DNA of 64,000 nt from a virus. The position numbers and the translations under genes are program-made. The notes under the pieces are model-generated. The model did no database searches and was not told where the DNA came from. It saw only the letters and a program-made list of their open reading frames with translations. Shown here in pieces: positions 46,704 through 56,200 of this stretch (positions are counted from its first letter, which is position 1; every line of letters begins with the position of its first letter). The stretch lies in IMG/VR virus record IMGVR_UViG_3300038416_000738. One strand, written 5' to 3'.

Positions 46704-47054
46704 GTGAGCATGTCGCCCTTCTCGTTCTTCATCTCGCTCGGCGTGAGCATGGCGATGAACGTCGGGCTCGTTTTGTTCCTTCGCTGGGGAACGAAGCGTT
46801 TCCAGATTTGGATCAAACACATGGAGGGCGTTCTCGAGAGGAACAAAGAGCAGCAGATCGAGATCTTCTGCTTGCAGACGAAGCTCTCGGAGGTGCAGAT
46901 CAGGCTCGCGCTCAGGGAGAAACAGAAAGGCGTTCAGCTCGACGAACAGACGAAGGGACTCATTCGCCTCGCGGTCTCGAACCCGTCGCCGAGCGAGGCA
47001 TCGGCCGCGGCGTTTATCGTCTGCAAACGATTGAAGGAGAGGATCGATCGATGA
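46704..47054 (+). CDS. hypothetical membrane + coiled-coil protein
   Basis: N-terminal TM helix. Confidence 0.45.
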   Translation: MSMSPFSFFISLGVSMAMNVGLVLFLRWGTKRFQIWIKHMEGVLERNKEQQIEIFCLQTKLSEVQIRLALREKQKGVQLDEQTKGLIRLAVSNPSPSEASAAAFIVCKRLKERIDR

Positions 47055-47184
47055 ATCCGAAAACGAGAAGGCTTCGTAGGCACCGACGCAGCGTGCGCAA
47101 ATTCGTGGTGAAGCTCGTGCAGTCGAAGCACGGTTTCCGGATGCGGCGTGTCTCGCCCATCCCGGACGACTTCGGGAATTATCC

Positions 47185-47415
47185 GTGAGCACCGTCACGA
47201 AGGGGATCCGCGATCGTGAAGCCTGGTGGGCTTGGCGCTGGGATCGCACCGACGCGAAGGACCTCGAGATCCCGTTCACGAGCATCACGCGATGGCGACG
47301 CGGATCTTTCTTGACCGTGTACCGCATGGAGACGCCCGGCGACGTGAAGTACTGGTTCTACTTTCCCTTCAACGTTGGCATCGGTTTCTCGGTGCCCGTT
47401 CGCGTGAAGTCATGA
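47185..47415 (+). CDS. hypothetical protein
   Basis: GTG start. Confidence 0.35.
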   Translation: MSTVTKGIRDREAWWAWRWDRTDAKDLEIPFTSITRWRRGSFLTVYRMETPGDVKYWFYFPFNVGIGFSVPVRVKS

Positions 47416-48341
47416 GAGCCGAATCGAAGATGGACGCGATGGAGGCGTTCAAAGCGGCAAGGCTCGACGACGAATTCGTGGATCTCGTGGTGAAGAAGTC
47501 GGACTCGGAAGGCGCTGGCTGTCGTCACGTCATCTTCATGGACGGAAACGGTTTCCACATCTACGACGAATTCGGACACGCTGCGGCGGCGCAAGCGGGT
47601 GACGTACTCCGCGTCTTCGGAGATCTGAGGAACATCCGCGGCGTCGGGCGCCTCGTCGGCGGCAAGCTCGTGGAGCTTTATCGATACTGGCCGAAGCGGA
47701 GCGCTGGCCTCTCGCCGGCGGAGCGCGAGCGATGGGCCGAGCTTCGCGAAAAAGAGAAGAAGGAAGGCAAGCTTTCTGAGAGCGAGGAATACGAGTTCAG
47801 GATGCTTTGGGACATGCGCGCCGGCGAGGCTGCCGCGATGCTTCCCGTGCCTGCGTGCTGCGAGGCCGCGCGAAGCGATCCAGCGATCGTGTTCTACGTC
47901 AACGTGTACGGCGAAGATTCGAGCGAGGTGGAGGGGCACTGGGAACTGAAGACGCACGAGAAGCTCGTCCGGTTGAGGGAAGGCGCAGGTCGTGCTCGGA
48001 TGGCACTCGAAGGGCGCCACGTCGATCGCATTTTTACTTCGCCGCCCGAGCCGAAGTTCTGTCCCTATTGCGGAGCGCCGCTCCCGAAGATGCGTCGCAA
48101 GAATCCCGCTCCAGAAAACGTGTGCCGTGTCGAGGACGGCGGCTACCACTGCTCGACGTGCAAAGAGAGGCTCCACGCCTGTCTCTGCGATCCGCCGGAA
48201 ACTGCTTTCGAGTTCGAGGATGGTCCCGTTCGTCATGCAAATGCGAACACACTTCGCACGGCGGCTGACGTCGCGGTCCATCCTCCGCGTCTACCGGCGT
48301 TCGAATCCGTGACCCGACCAACCAAATCAGGTGTGAAATGA
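47412..48341 (+). CDS. hypothetical protein with C-terminal Zn ribbon
   Basis: ATGA overlap; CPYCG...CSTC. Confidence 0.55.
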   Translation: MRAESKMDAMEAFKAARLDDEFVDLVVKKSDSEGAGCRHVIFMDGNGFHIYDEFGHAAAAQAGDVLRVFGDLRNIRGVGRLVGGKLVELYRYWPKRSAGLSPAERERWAELREKEKKEGKLSESEEYEFRMLWDMRAGEAAAMLPVPACCEAARSDPAIVFYVNVYGEDSSEVEGHWELKTHEKLVRLREGAGRARMALEGRHVDRIFTSPPEPKFCPYCGAPLPKMRRKNPAPENVCRVEDGGYHCSTCKERLHACLCDPPETAFEFEDGPVRHANANTLRTAADVAVHPPRLPAFESVTRPTKSGVK

Positions 48342-48688
48342 AGTGGCTCGTGTCGTGGTTCATCTCCGTCGCGGTGGGCCTCTCGTGCGCGTACTTCGCC
48401 ACGATCGAGTGGCGCTGGTTCGCGGTCCCGCTCGGCGCGCCGCGCGTGACCTTCCTCCACATGTGTGGCCTCCTCTGCCTGCTCCGCGCGATGCGCGGCG
48501 TGAAGATGACGGACCTCACCATCGTCGACCTCGCGAGAAAGGCGGGCATTTCTGGCCCGGACGGCGAAGGCGACGTGGCCGACTTCGCGCGGGCGATGAA
48601 GTCGTCCCTCGCGAACTTGGTCATCGGGGTGCTGCTCCTCGTCATGTCCGCGATCATCCACAACGACTTCATGGTGTGGTGGCCGTGA
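48338..48688 (+). CDS. hypothetical membrane protein
   Basis: 3 predicted TM helices. Confidence 0.45.
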   Translation: MKWLVSWFISVAVGLSCAYFATIEWRWFAVPLGAPRVTFLHMCGLLCLLRAMRGVKMTDLTIVDLARKAGISGPDGEGDVADFARAMKSSLANLVIGVLLLVMSAIIHNDFMVWWP

Positions 48689-48864
48689 TGACGCTCGAAG
48701 ACCTGGACGACCTTCGCCAGAAGATTCGCGACCGCGTGAAGCTCTACACGAGGGACGGGGAGGGCCGTGCGAAGATGGACCCGATCGCCGTGGAAGAACT
48801 CCTTAACGAATGTGCGGAAGCCATAGACGAACTTCGCGGCATCAAGGCCGAAGCGAGGATGTGA
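48688..48864 (+). CDS. hypothetical small protein
   Basis: TGATG overlap. Confidence 0.3.
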   Translation: MTLEDLDDLRQKIRDRVKLYTRDGEGRAKMDPIAVEELLNECAEAIDELRGIKAEARM

Positions 48865-48868
48865 CGCG

Positions 48869-49018
48869 ATGGACCCGGGGACGTTCTTCGCCGTGTTCGT
48901 CGGGGGCGGCTTTCTTCTCGTCGTCTTCCTCTTCGCCCTCTCTGTGGTCGTCGACTGGCGGATGAAGAAGCTCCCGCCTCCAAGCCAAAAGGAGACGAAG
49001 AGGGAGATTAAGAAATGA
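48869..49018 (+). CDS. hypothetical small membrane protein
   Basis: 49 aa with one TM helix; below ORF-track cutoff. Confidence 0.25.
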   Translation: MDPGTFFAVFVGGGFLLVVFLFALSVVVDWRMKKLPPPSQKETKREIKK

Positions 49019-49260
49019 GCACGTGTCACGAACTCCGCCGTTCGGACGGGACCATGATCGCGTGGCTCCAGGAGCGCCCGGCGTACTGCGACCGCGGTCG
49101 GTGGCACCAGGGCATCGAGGTCCCCATCTGGAAGAGCGATATGGACCCGAACCCTCGCTACTACTTCGATCTCGAGCGCGGAAAGGCCGAGACGATCGCG
49201 TACCTGGTGGCGAAGAAAGTCGACGTCGAAGGCGCGGCATGGGTGGAGGCGAGTTACTGA
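49015..49260 (+). CDS. hypothetical protein
   Basis: ATGA overlap. Confidence 0.4.
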   Translation: MSTCHELRRSDGTMIAWLQERPAYCDRGRWHQGIEVPIWKSDMDPNPRYYFDLERGKAETIAYLVAKKVDVEGAAWVEASY

Positions 49261-49268
49261 AGAATTGT

Positions 49269-49296
49269 TTGCATCCCAGATTGATTCAAGTAAAGT
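49269..49296 (+). promoter_or_regulatory. sigma70-like promoter TTGCAT-N16-TAAAGT
   Basis: AT-rich island between genes; same architecture as 42624 and 50651. Confidence 0.4.
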
Positions 49297-49299
49297 CAC

Positions 49300-49677
49300 G
49301 TGACCATGAATCGCTTGAAGCCGGCCCTACCGCCTGGCACGCACTACGCGGACAGCAAGAACATCGTCGTGAGGTCGATCGTCGGTACGGACTCGAACAC
49401 CACGTGGCGCGACAACATTCGGAACCTCTTGAAGACGGCGCGCGGCGGAGCCGACAGCGAGTGGCGGCGATTCGGTTACGGTCTCCTTTATGACGTGGTG
49501 GGCTGGACACCGGGCCAATACGCGCTCGGGATGTACGCGGCGCTCCACGACTGCGGGGTGATCCTCTCCAAGAAAAAGTTTGGCGAGAAGGACCTCTCCC
49601 GGATCCGGGAGAAACTCGAGCAAGCAGGTTTCAATCTCGTCCCCGAATGGAAAGCGGCGAGTGGTGGAGCGAAATGA
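49300..49677 (+). CDS. hypothetical protein (partner of nucleotidyltransferase)
   Basis: ORF track; stop overlaps NTase start. Confidence 0.45.
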   Translation: MTMNRLKPALPPGTHYADSKNIVVRSIVGTDSNTTWRDNIRNLLKTARGGADSEWRRFGYGLLYDVVGWTPGQYALGMYAALHDCGVILSKKKFGEKDLSRIREKLEQAGFNLVPEWKAASGGAK

Positions 49678-50624
49678 ATTTCGACGTCGCGTCCCGCACG
49701 ATCCTCCTCGTCCGCCACGGCTCGCACGCCTACGGCATGAATACACCTACGTCGGACTTGGATTCGAAGGGCGTGTGCATCGAGCCGAAGGCATTTCATT
49801 TCGGGTTCCTTCACACGTTCGAGCAAGAGACGCGCGAGGCGAAGAAAGGCGCCGCGGAGGACCGCGTCGTTTACTCGCTCAAGAAGTTCGCGGGGCTCGC
49901 GGCCGAGTGCAACCCGAACATCATTGAGGTGCTCCACGTGGCGGACGAGCACGTGCTCGCTATCGACGCGTTCGGCGAGGAGCTTCGCGCGATGCGGCAC
50001 GCTTTCGTCTCCGCGAAGGCGCGCTGGACATTTGCGGGTTACGCGCACTCGCAATTGAAGCGCATCAAGACGCACCGCAAGTGGCTCGTCGACCCGCCGA
50101 AGGCGCCGCCGACCCGCAAGGAGTTCGGCCTCTCCGAGGTGAGCAAGATCTCGAAGGCCGAGTTGGGCGCGTTCGACGCCGCCGTGGATCAGTCCCTCGA
50201 GATCGAACTCTCGCGCGAGCTGATGACGGTCTTCACGCGCGAGAAGCAGTACCAAGCGGCCAAGAGGCACTACGACCAGTTCGAGAACTGGAAGAAGACG
50301 CGCAACGCCGCGCGCGCCGAACTCGAGGCGAAGTTCGGGCTCGACACGAAGCACGCCGCGCACCTCGTGAGGCTCCTCCGCATGTGCAAGGAGATCATGA
50401 CGACTGGCGAGGTCGTCGTGAAGAGGCCCGACGCCGCGGAGTTTCTCTCCATCCGGGCCGGGGCATGGACCTACGACCAGATCGTCGAGTACGCCGAGAG
50501 GACCGAGGCCGAGTGCGCCGCACTTTACGATGCAGGCGCGACCGTCCGCCACGAACCCGACCGCATCGCCATCGACGCCGCGATCGTGGGCATGACTGAA
50601 CGTTACCTCGCCGCATACGGTTGA
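49674..50624 (+). CDS. Pol-beta-superfamily nucleotidyltransferase
   Basis: 'HGSHAYGMNTPTSDLDSKG' = GS-X10-D-x-D active-site signature of MNT/CD-NTase-type nucleotidyltransferases; 317 aa. Confidence 0.6.
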   Translation: MNFDVASRTILLVRHGSHAYGMNTPTSDLDSKGVCIEPKAFHFGFLHTFEQETREAKKGAAEDRVVYSLKKFAGLAAECNPNIIEVLHVADEHVLAIDAFGEELRAMRHAFVSAKARWTFAGYAHSQLKRIKTHRKWLVDPPKAPPTRKEFGLSEVSKISKAELGAFDAAVDQSLEIELSRELMTVFTREKQYQAAKRHYDQFENWKKTRNAARAELEAKFGLDTKHAAHLVRLLRMCKEIMTTGEVVVKRPDAAEFLSIRAGAWTYDQIVEYAERTEAECAALYDAGATVRHEPDRIAIDAAIVGMTERYLAAYG

Positions 50625-50650
50625 TGGTGGTCAGCCGTGAACGAAGTCAC

Positions 50651-50678
50651 TTGCATACCGGCATGGTTCATGTACAGT
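50651..50678 (+). promoter_or_regulatory. sigma70-like promoter TTGCAT-N16-TACAGT
   Basis: in 175-bp AT-richer gap before gene 50801. Confidence 0.4.
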
Positions 50679-50800
50679 CACTTGACGCGACGATGATTGA
50701 TTCTTACTTCTCTCGTACTGCGGTTTGACGTACGGGTCGGGGCATGCGAACTTGCGGCCCCCAACGTAACGACGGCTAGAGTGATGGCAAGGAGGACCGG

Positions 50801-51478
50801 GTGAGCGAGTCCGTGCAGAAGAAAAGTGGTGGGTTTCTCGATAAGTTGAAGGGTCTCGTCGCGGAAGAAGTTCCCGACCGCCCCACACGCCAGACGCCGG
50901 TGCCGGCGGCGCCGGCACACGCCGTGCAACACGTGGGACAGGATCATTACGATCCCGCGCCGGGGAGCGCCCTCGTGGGTGCTGATCCTGCGGCGCTCGC
51001 GAAGCTCGAGGCGCGTCTCCAGGCCGCGTGTCCCGCTCCGTACGCCAAGTTCATGGAGCAGTACGATTCGCTCAAGGAAGACATCTCCGACGAGCGCACG
51101 CGCTTCAAGGTCGCCTTGAAGACGACGCACACGACCGGGGTCGAGATCTCCGGAGCCCTCGAGACGCTCCTGTCGGCGATGGACTCCGCGAAGCACGAGT
51201 TCGAGCACTCGTGGGACGAGAACCGGAAGAAGCGCGTCGCCGAGTCCGACCAATCGATCTCGTCCTCCGACGAACTCATCAAGTCGAGCGAGGAGCAGAT
51301 CAAAGCCATCCAGGAGAAGATCGCCGCGCTCCGCACGAAGCGCGACTCGGACGTCGCGAACGCGAAGGAGGAGATCCGTAGGCTCGACGGAATTCGCGGC
51401 GGTTTCGAAGCTGCGCACCACCAGGTGACCTCGCGCCTCTCGAACCTCAAGGAGCGCCTCGCGGCGCTGGGGACCTGA
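50801..51478 (+). CDS. hypothetical coiled-coil protein
   Basis: GTG start; S/E/K-rich heptads. Confidence 0.5.
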   Translation: MSESVQKKSGGFLDKLKGLVAEEVPDRPTRQTPVPAAPAHAVQHVGQDHYDPAPGSALVGADPAALAKLEARLQAACPAPYAKFMEQYDSLKEDISDERTRFKVALKTTHTTGVEISGALETLLSAMDSAKHEFEHSWDENRKKRVAESDQSISSSDELIKSSEEQIKAIQEKIAALRTKRDSDVANAKEEIRRLDGIRGGFEAAHHQVTSRLSNLKERLAALGT

Positions 51479-51479
51479 C

Positions 51480-52523
51480 ATGGCTGAATCGACGATCTCG
51501 AAGCTGCAGAAGAAGGAACTCTTCGGCCAGAACCTCATCACGCTGATCCTCGTGGGTGCGCTCGCGGCCGCAGGGATCTACTGGTGGGGATCGATCGTGC
51601 CGTTCCTCGTTGACGCGGCGACGAACACCCTGAAGCTCATCGGCCTATGCGCCGCGATTGGACTCGTGGGCTACGCTGTCCTCGACAAGCGCATCCGGAC
51701 GCTCTTCCTCTACGGATACCGTTCGCTGACGCGCTGGCTCACGGGGCAGTTCGTCGAGATCGACCCGATCGGTATCCTGAACACGTACGTGTCGCGGCTC
51801 GAGGAGCGACTCGCCGAGATGGACAAGTCCATCGGGAGCCTTCGCGGCCAGCGCGACAAGCTCAAGGCCACGATCGAGAAAAACGAGAGCGATCGAATCC
51901 ACAACCTTCAGCTCGCGCAGCAGGCGCAGAAGCACTCGAAAGACAACGAAGCCGAGATGAAGCAGGAGCTTGCGCTCCGCGCGCGGCAGGCGGGACGTCT
52001 TCAGAAGTCGAACATGACACTCGGCAATCTCCTCGAGCGCATGGAAGTGCTCTTGAAGGCGCTCCAGAAGATGCGTGCGGCTTCGGCGCTCCTTTGCGAA
52101 GACATCAAGGGCGAGGTCGAGGTGAAGACCGCCGAGCGAAAGGCGCTTCTCGCTGGTTACGGTGCCTTCACGAAGGCGCAGGCGATCATGGAGGGCGGGG
52201 GCGCGGAGCGCGAGATGTTCGATCTCACGATGGAGAAGCTCACCGACGATTACGCGAACAAGATGGGCGAGATCGAGACGTTCCTCGACATGTCGAAGGG
52301 CTTCATCAACGGTATGGATCTCGACCAGGGCATCTACGAGGAGGACGCGCTCGCGCAGCTCAAGGCTTGGGAGGAGAAGGGCAGCGCCCTCCTCAACACG
52401 AAGCCGAACGTCCGCGTGGACGCGGCCCCCGGCGTCCGCATCACCGAGGTTGCGGGCGAAGCGGAAGAAGCGGCGCCCGACAGCTTCTCCGAGCTTTTCA
52501 AGAACAACGACGCGAAACGGTAA
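51480..52523 (+). CDS. membrane-anchored coiled-coil protein
   Basis: two N-terminal TM helices then ~250 aa coiled coil. Confidence 0.6.
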   Translation: MAESTISKLQKKELFGQNLITLILVGALAAAGIYWWGSIVPFLVDAATNTLKLIGLCAAIGLVGYAVLDKRIRTLFLYGYRSLTRWLTGQFVEIDPIGILNTYVSRLEERLAEMDKSIGSLRGQRDKLKATIEKNESDRIHNLQLAQQAQKHSKDNEAEMKQELALRARQAGRLQKSNMTLGNLLERMEVLLKALQKMRAASALLCEDIKGEVEVKTAERKALLAGYGAFTKAQAIMEGGGAEREMFDLTMEKLTDDYANKMGEIETFLDMSKGFINGMDLDQGIYEEDALAQLKAWEEKGSALLNTKPNVRVDAAPGVRITEVAGEAEEAAPDSFSELFKNNDAKR

Positions 52524-52539
52524 CGACGCGAAACGGTAA
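52508..52539 (+). repeat. 16-bp tandem duplication CGACGCGAAACGGTAA x2 spanning the stop codon
   Basis: counted directly. Confidence 0.85.
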
Positions 52540-52550
52540 GGACATCCATC

Positions 52551-54329
52551 ATGGCGACTCGAATCAAACCCCTGCCCAAGATCATCGCGGCCGTGGCCAT
52601 CGCTGCGGGCCTTTTCTTCGGGATCCGGTTCCTCGTGAACGCGCAGCCCGGCCACGAAGCTTCCGTGCCGAAGACGGCCGCGCTCCCGACGCTCGACGAG
52701 CATGTCTCGAAGGCCGCTGTGCCCGAAACGCCGCTGCCGGGCGCCGCGCTCGCGGGCAAAGGCACGGACGTGCGCATGATGGTGTGGGCGTGGAACGCGC
52801 AGATGGGACTCCTGTACGCGAACGGCGGCGCCGACACGACGCAGGGCTCGCTCATGGCCGGCCACAACGTGAACCTCCACTTCACCCGCGAGAACGACAC
52901 GAGCAAGATGGCGGCGCAGCTCATGGCCCTCGCGACCGATGTCGCGAAAGGTGGCGAGTCGAAGAACGGCGTCCACTTCATCACGCTCATGGGTGACGGC
53001 ACGCCGAGCTGGTTCGCCGGACTCAACGCGGACCTGAAGAAGATCTGCGCGGACTGCACCGCCGAGACCGTCGGCGTCCTCGGCTACTCGCGCGGCGAAG
53101 ACAAGTTCATGGGACCCGCGGAGTGGAAGTCGAATCCGAAGAAAGCCCAGGGCGCGCTCATCGCGGGCGTCATCCGCGACGGGGACTGGAACGCCGCGAT
53201 GAAATGGGCTGGTGACAACGGGATCCCGAACAACCCGGACGAGAAGACGTACGACCCGGACGCGCTCAACTGGGTGAGTGTGGACGACTACCTCGAGGCC
53301 CCGAAGAAATACATCCTCGGCGTCTGCGAAGACCGTCCCGTCGTGCACGCCGGCCACAAGACCGGGCAGACGAAGAACGTGTGCGTGAACGGCGTCGTCA
53401 CGTGGACCCCCGGCGACGTGAACGTCGCGCAGCAGAAGGGCGGCCTCGCGAGCATCGTCTCGACGAAGGAGTACCGGAGCCAGATGCCGTGCGCGCTCAT
53501 CGGAATCCGGAAGTGGGATCGCGCGCACAAGGACGTCGTCGAGGGGATCCTCCAGGCGGCCTTTGACGGCGGCGACCAGGTGCGGAGCTACCCGCGCGCG
53601 CTCGACCGCGGCGGCGAGATCAGCGCGGCGGTCTACAAGGAGGAGAGCGGCGCGTACTGGGTCAAGTACTTCAAGGGCGTCACCGAGAACGACAAGACGG
53701 GCCTGCCGGTGCCGCTCGGCGGATCGTCGGTCTCCGATCTCGCCGACGACATGCAGGTCTTCGGTCTCACGGCAGGCTCCACAAACCTTTTCGCCGCGAC
53801 GTACACGACGTTCGGCGACATCGCCGTCCAGCAGTACCCGAAGCTCGTGCCGAACTACCCGCCTGTCGCGGACGTGCTCGACACGTCCTATGTCGAGGAT
53901 CTCGCGAAGAAGGCCCCAGTGATGACGACGTCCGCGGACGTGGCCGTCTACAAGAAGGATGCGGCGATCACGGAAGTCGTCTCGAAGAAGAGCTGGTCGA
54001 TCACGTTTCAGACGGGGAGCGCGGCCTTCACGCCGGAAGCGCAGAAGACGCTCGACGCACTTGAGAAGGACCTCGTCATCACGGACCTCATGGTGGAGAT
54101 CGACGGTCACACGGACAACACCGGCGACGCCACGGGGAACAAGACGCTTTCCGAGGCGCGTGCCCAGGCGGTGAAGGCGTGGCTCATGAAGCAGTCGACG
54201 ACGAACTTTCCCGCCGACCGCTTCAGCGTCAAATCGTTCGGGCAGGACAAGCCCGTCGCGTCGAACGACACGGAGACGGGTCGCGCGAAGAACCGCCGCG
54301 TCGACGTCATCATGGGGTCGGGGAACTGA
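52551..54329 (+). CDS. membrane-anchored protein with C-terminal OmpA-like domain
   Basis: N-terminal TM; C-terminal '[18 protein letters not shown]...[10 protein letters not shown]' OmpA/MotB signature; central ~400 aa domain unassigned (possibly SBP-like). Confidence 0.75.
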   Translation: MATRIKPLPKIIAAVAIAAGLFFGIRFLVNAQPGHEASVPKTAALPTLDEHVSKAAVPETPLPGAALAGKGTDVRMMVWAWNAQMGLLYANGGADTTQGSLMAGHNVNLHFTRENDTSKMAAQLMALATDVAKGGESKNGVHFITLMGDGTPSWFAGLNADLKKICADCTAETVGVLGYSRGEDKFMGPAEWKSNPKKAQGALIAGVIRDGDWNAAMKWAGDNGIPNNPDEKTYDPDALNWVSVDDYLEAPKKYILGVCEDRPVVHAGHKTGQTKNVCVNGVVTWTPGDVNVAQQKGGLASIVSTKEYRSQMPCALIGIRKWDRAHKDVVEGILQAAFDGGDQVRSYPRALDRGGEISAAVYKEESGAYWVKYFKGVTENDKTGLPVPLGGSSVSDLADDMQVFGLTAGSTNLFAATYTTFGDIAVQQYPKLVPNYPPVADVLDTSYVEDLAKKAPVMTTSADVAVYKKDAAITEVVSKKSWSITFQTGSAAFTPEAQKTLDALEKDLVITDLMVEIDGHTDNTGDATGNKTLSEARAQAVKAWLMKQSTTNFPADRFSVKSFGQDKPVASNDTETGRAKNRRVDVIMGSGN

Positions 54330-54721
54330 TGGCGATCGAGCCGCACGTCCTCTCCGTGTCGACGGCCGTGTCGAGCCGTGCTCGCGAGCTTCGGAGCTAC
54401 GGCAAGTGGCTCGAGGACGCAAGCATCGGGGGTCAAACGGAAGCTGTCGCGCGCGACGTCGCTCCCGTGCTTCTCGCGGCGGCGGACGTGATCGACGCGG
54501 CGCTGGGAGCGGCGCTGGCTAAGCATCGTGAACCCGCAGCGCGCCGCGAAGTGAAGCTCGTCGGCGTGGCGGACATCCCGACTCAGGACATGCGCTACGA
54601 CCTCCGCGCGCTCGGCATCGACGTCGGGAAGTTGACCGACGTGGAAGTCCGTCGCGAATTCGAAGACCGTTTCGGTTCGATCTTTCCCAAGAACCCCAAT
54701 ATTCCTCATCCGGATCGGTGA
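54329..54721 (+). CDS. hypothetical protein
   Basis: TGATG overlap. Confidence 0.45.
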   Translation: MAIEPHVLSVSTAVSSRARELRSYGKWLEDASIGGQTEAVARDVAPVLLAAADVIDAALGAALAKHREPAARREVKLVGVADIPTQDMRYDLRALGIDVGKLTDVEVRREFEDRFGSIFPKNPNIPHPDR

Positions 54722-54725
54722 AACG

Positions 54726-55013
54726 ATGAAGAATCCCATCGAGAGGCTCGAGGAGAGCGTTGCAATCTTGCTTCCGGGCGCGAAAGCGTCGCTCGATCGT
54801 CCGAAGAATCTCGAGAGCGGCCATTGGTGGCTCGACATCTCCGAGAGCGGGCGCCACGCTGTCGTGGAGTGGCGCCCGGGCAAAGGCTTTGGCGTCAGTC
54901 TTCTTGGTAAGAACGACGGTTACGGTGAGGGGCCCGACGAGGCGTTCACCGAGAGCCAAGAGGATGACGTTCTCAAGAGAATCTTCGCGCTCCTCACCCG
55001 GAAGGAGGCGTGA
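54726..55013 (+). CDS. hypothetical protein
   Basis: ORF track. Confidence 0.4.
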   Translation: MKNPIERLEESVAILLPGAKASLDRPKNLESGHWWLDISESGRHAVVEWRPGKGFGVSLLGKNDGYGEGPDEAFTESQEDDVLKRIFALLTRKEA

Positions 55014-55298
55014 ATGAAGACCGCGAAGCTCTTTGAGCGGATGAACGCAGGCACGGAGGAGTCACGCCTACTCCGTGAGGCCTACGAGGCCGGCGCCGTT
55101 GCAGCAGCCGACCACGCTGACCAGTACAACGGATCAACGACACACGAATACTGCCTTGGCGACTGCATCCTCAGCAAGATGAACATCCGGAAACGTCGTC
55201 CGAGGAAGAACGAGCGCAAGATCCTCTCCCACAAAGAGCTTCTCGAAGTCCTCGGTCCGCGGCGTCGGGGCAAAGTGATCGTGTACCTCCCGAGGTGA
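55014..55298 (+). CDS. hypothetical protein
   Basis: ORF track. Confidence 0.4.
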   Translation: MKTAKLFERMNAGTEESRLLREAYEAGAVAAADHADQYNGSTTHEYCLGDCILSKMNIRKRRPRKNERKILSHKELLEVLGPRRRGKVIVYLPR

Positions 55299-55525
55299 AT
55301 GCGATGAGCGAATCGAACGAAAGCCGGACGCATGAACTCGAGAAGGACGCCCTCACGGGAGACCGTCAAGCCGTGATGAGGCTCGTGTCGGACTACCGAC
55401 TCGTCCGCGCGAAGATCGAATGGGTGAAGAATCTCCAGTATCGCGACGGCACGATCGACGGCGTGAACGCGCATCAGTTCTTCAGCGAGGTAGAGGACAT
55501 CTTGGTCGGGGAGGACGACGAGTGA
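55295..55525 (+). CDS. hypothetical protein
   Basis: ORF track. Confidence 0.4.
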   Translation: MNAMSESNESRTHELEKDALTGDRQAVMRLVSDYRLVRAKIEWVKNLQYRDGTIDGVNAHQFFSEVEDILVGEDDE

Positions 55526-55698
55526 AGCTCACGGCTCGAGAGAAGCGCGCGATCTCGGAACTCGAGAAGCTCGCGAAGCGATGGCCGAAGAAGCTCGTTC
55601 TTTTCTCCTGGTCGGGAACCCTTCATGTTCTCAAGCCGGGAAAATCTCGCACGATGGGACAGGCCATCGTTGCCACTTTCGGCAGCATATCCTCATGA
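55522..55698 (+). CDS. hypothetical small protein
   Basis: GTGA overlap. Confidence 0.3.
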   Translation: MKLTAREKRAISELEKLAKRWPKKLVLFSWSGTLHVLKPGKSRTMGQAIVATFGSISS

Positions 55699-55958
55699 CA
55701 CTCTATGAACCTCAGGGCTATACGCCCGAAGAGCTAAAGCGACACGGCGAGATGATTGCAGACCGCCTCGCGCTGACACCCGAGCAGGTCAAATGCCTCG
55801 TGCCCGAGCTTCGCAACGCGCTCGCCCCCGCAGTGATGGGCATGGGGACGGATGGTCCGCGCACGGAGGAAGACGTTCTCGACATCCGGCGCGCCTTCGC
55901 CCGCATCGTCGCGCTCGCGAACGCGCTCGCAGTGAGATGTTCTTCGGGGGAGCGATAG
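55695..55958 (+). CDS. hypothetical protein
   Basis: ATGA overlap. Confidence 0.4.
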   Translation: MTLYEPQGYTPEELKRHGEMIADRLALTPEQVKCLVPELRNALAPAVMGMGTDGPRTEEDVLDIRRAFARIVALANALAVRCSSGER

Positions 55959-56200
55959 TGGTGAAGACGTACCAAGCCGGGAAGCTGTCGCCCGAAGAGG
56001 CGCGCATGAAGACGAACGAGTACTTCGTCCTCGGCCTTTATGAATGCTTCGCGCTCGGTAACCCCGCCGGCGCGGAGGTCTTCTGGCGTGCCGCGCTGGA
56101 TGTTTGGGAGCACCGTGGCTTTGCCGCGTCGAGACGACGGTACCTGCAGTGGTTCGAGAACGCCCTTGCGAGAGGAGGGTGGGATGACTGCTGCGATTGA
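55937..56200 (+). CDS. hypothetical protein
   Basis: alt GTG 55958. Confidence 0.4.
   Translation: MFFGGAIVVKTYQAGKLSPEEARMKTNEYFVLGLYECFALGNPAGAEVFWRAALDVWEHRGFAASRRRYLQWFENALARGGWDDCCD

Noticed and set aside
48296-48330. tRNA-like GGCGTTCGAATCCGTGACCCGACCA (T-loop-like GTTCGAATC plus CCA-like end)
   Set aside because: Flanking bases cannot form T-stem or acceptor-stem pairing and it lies inside a well-supported CDS; no other cloverleaf elements found.
49328-49345. Additional TGGCAC-N-GC matches (also 58741)
   Set aside because: Located inside coding sequences with poor -12 elements; likely chance.
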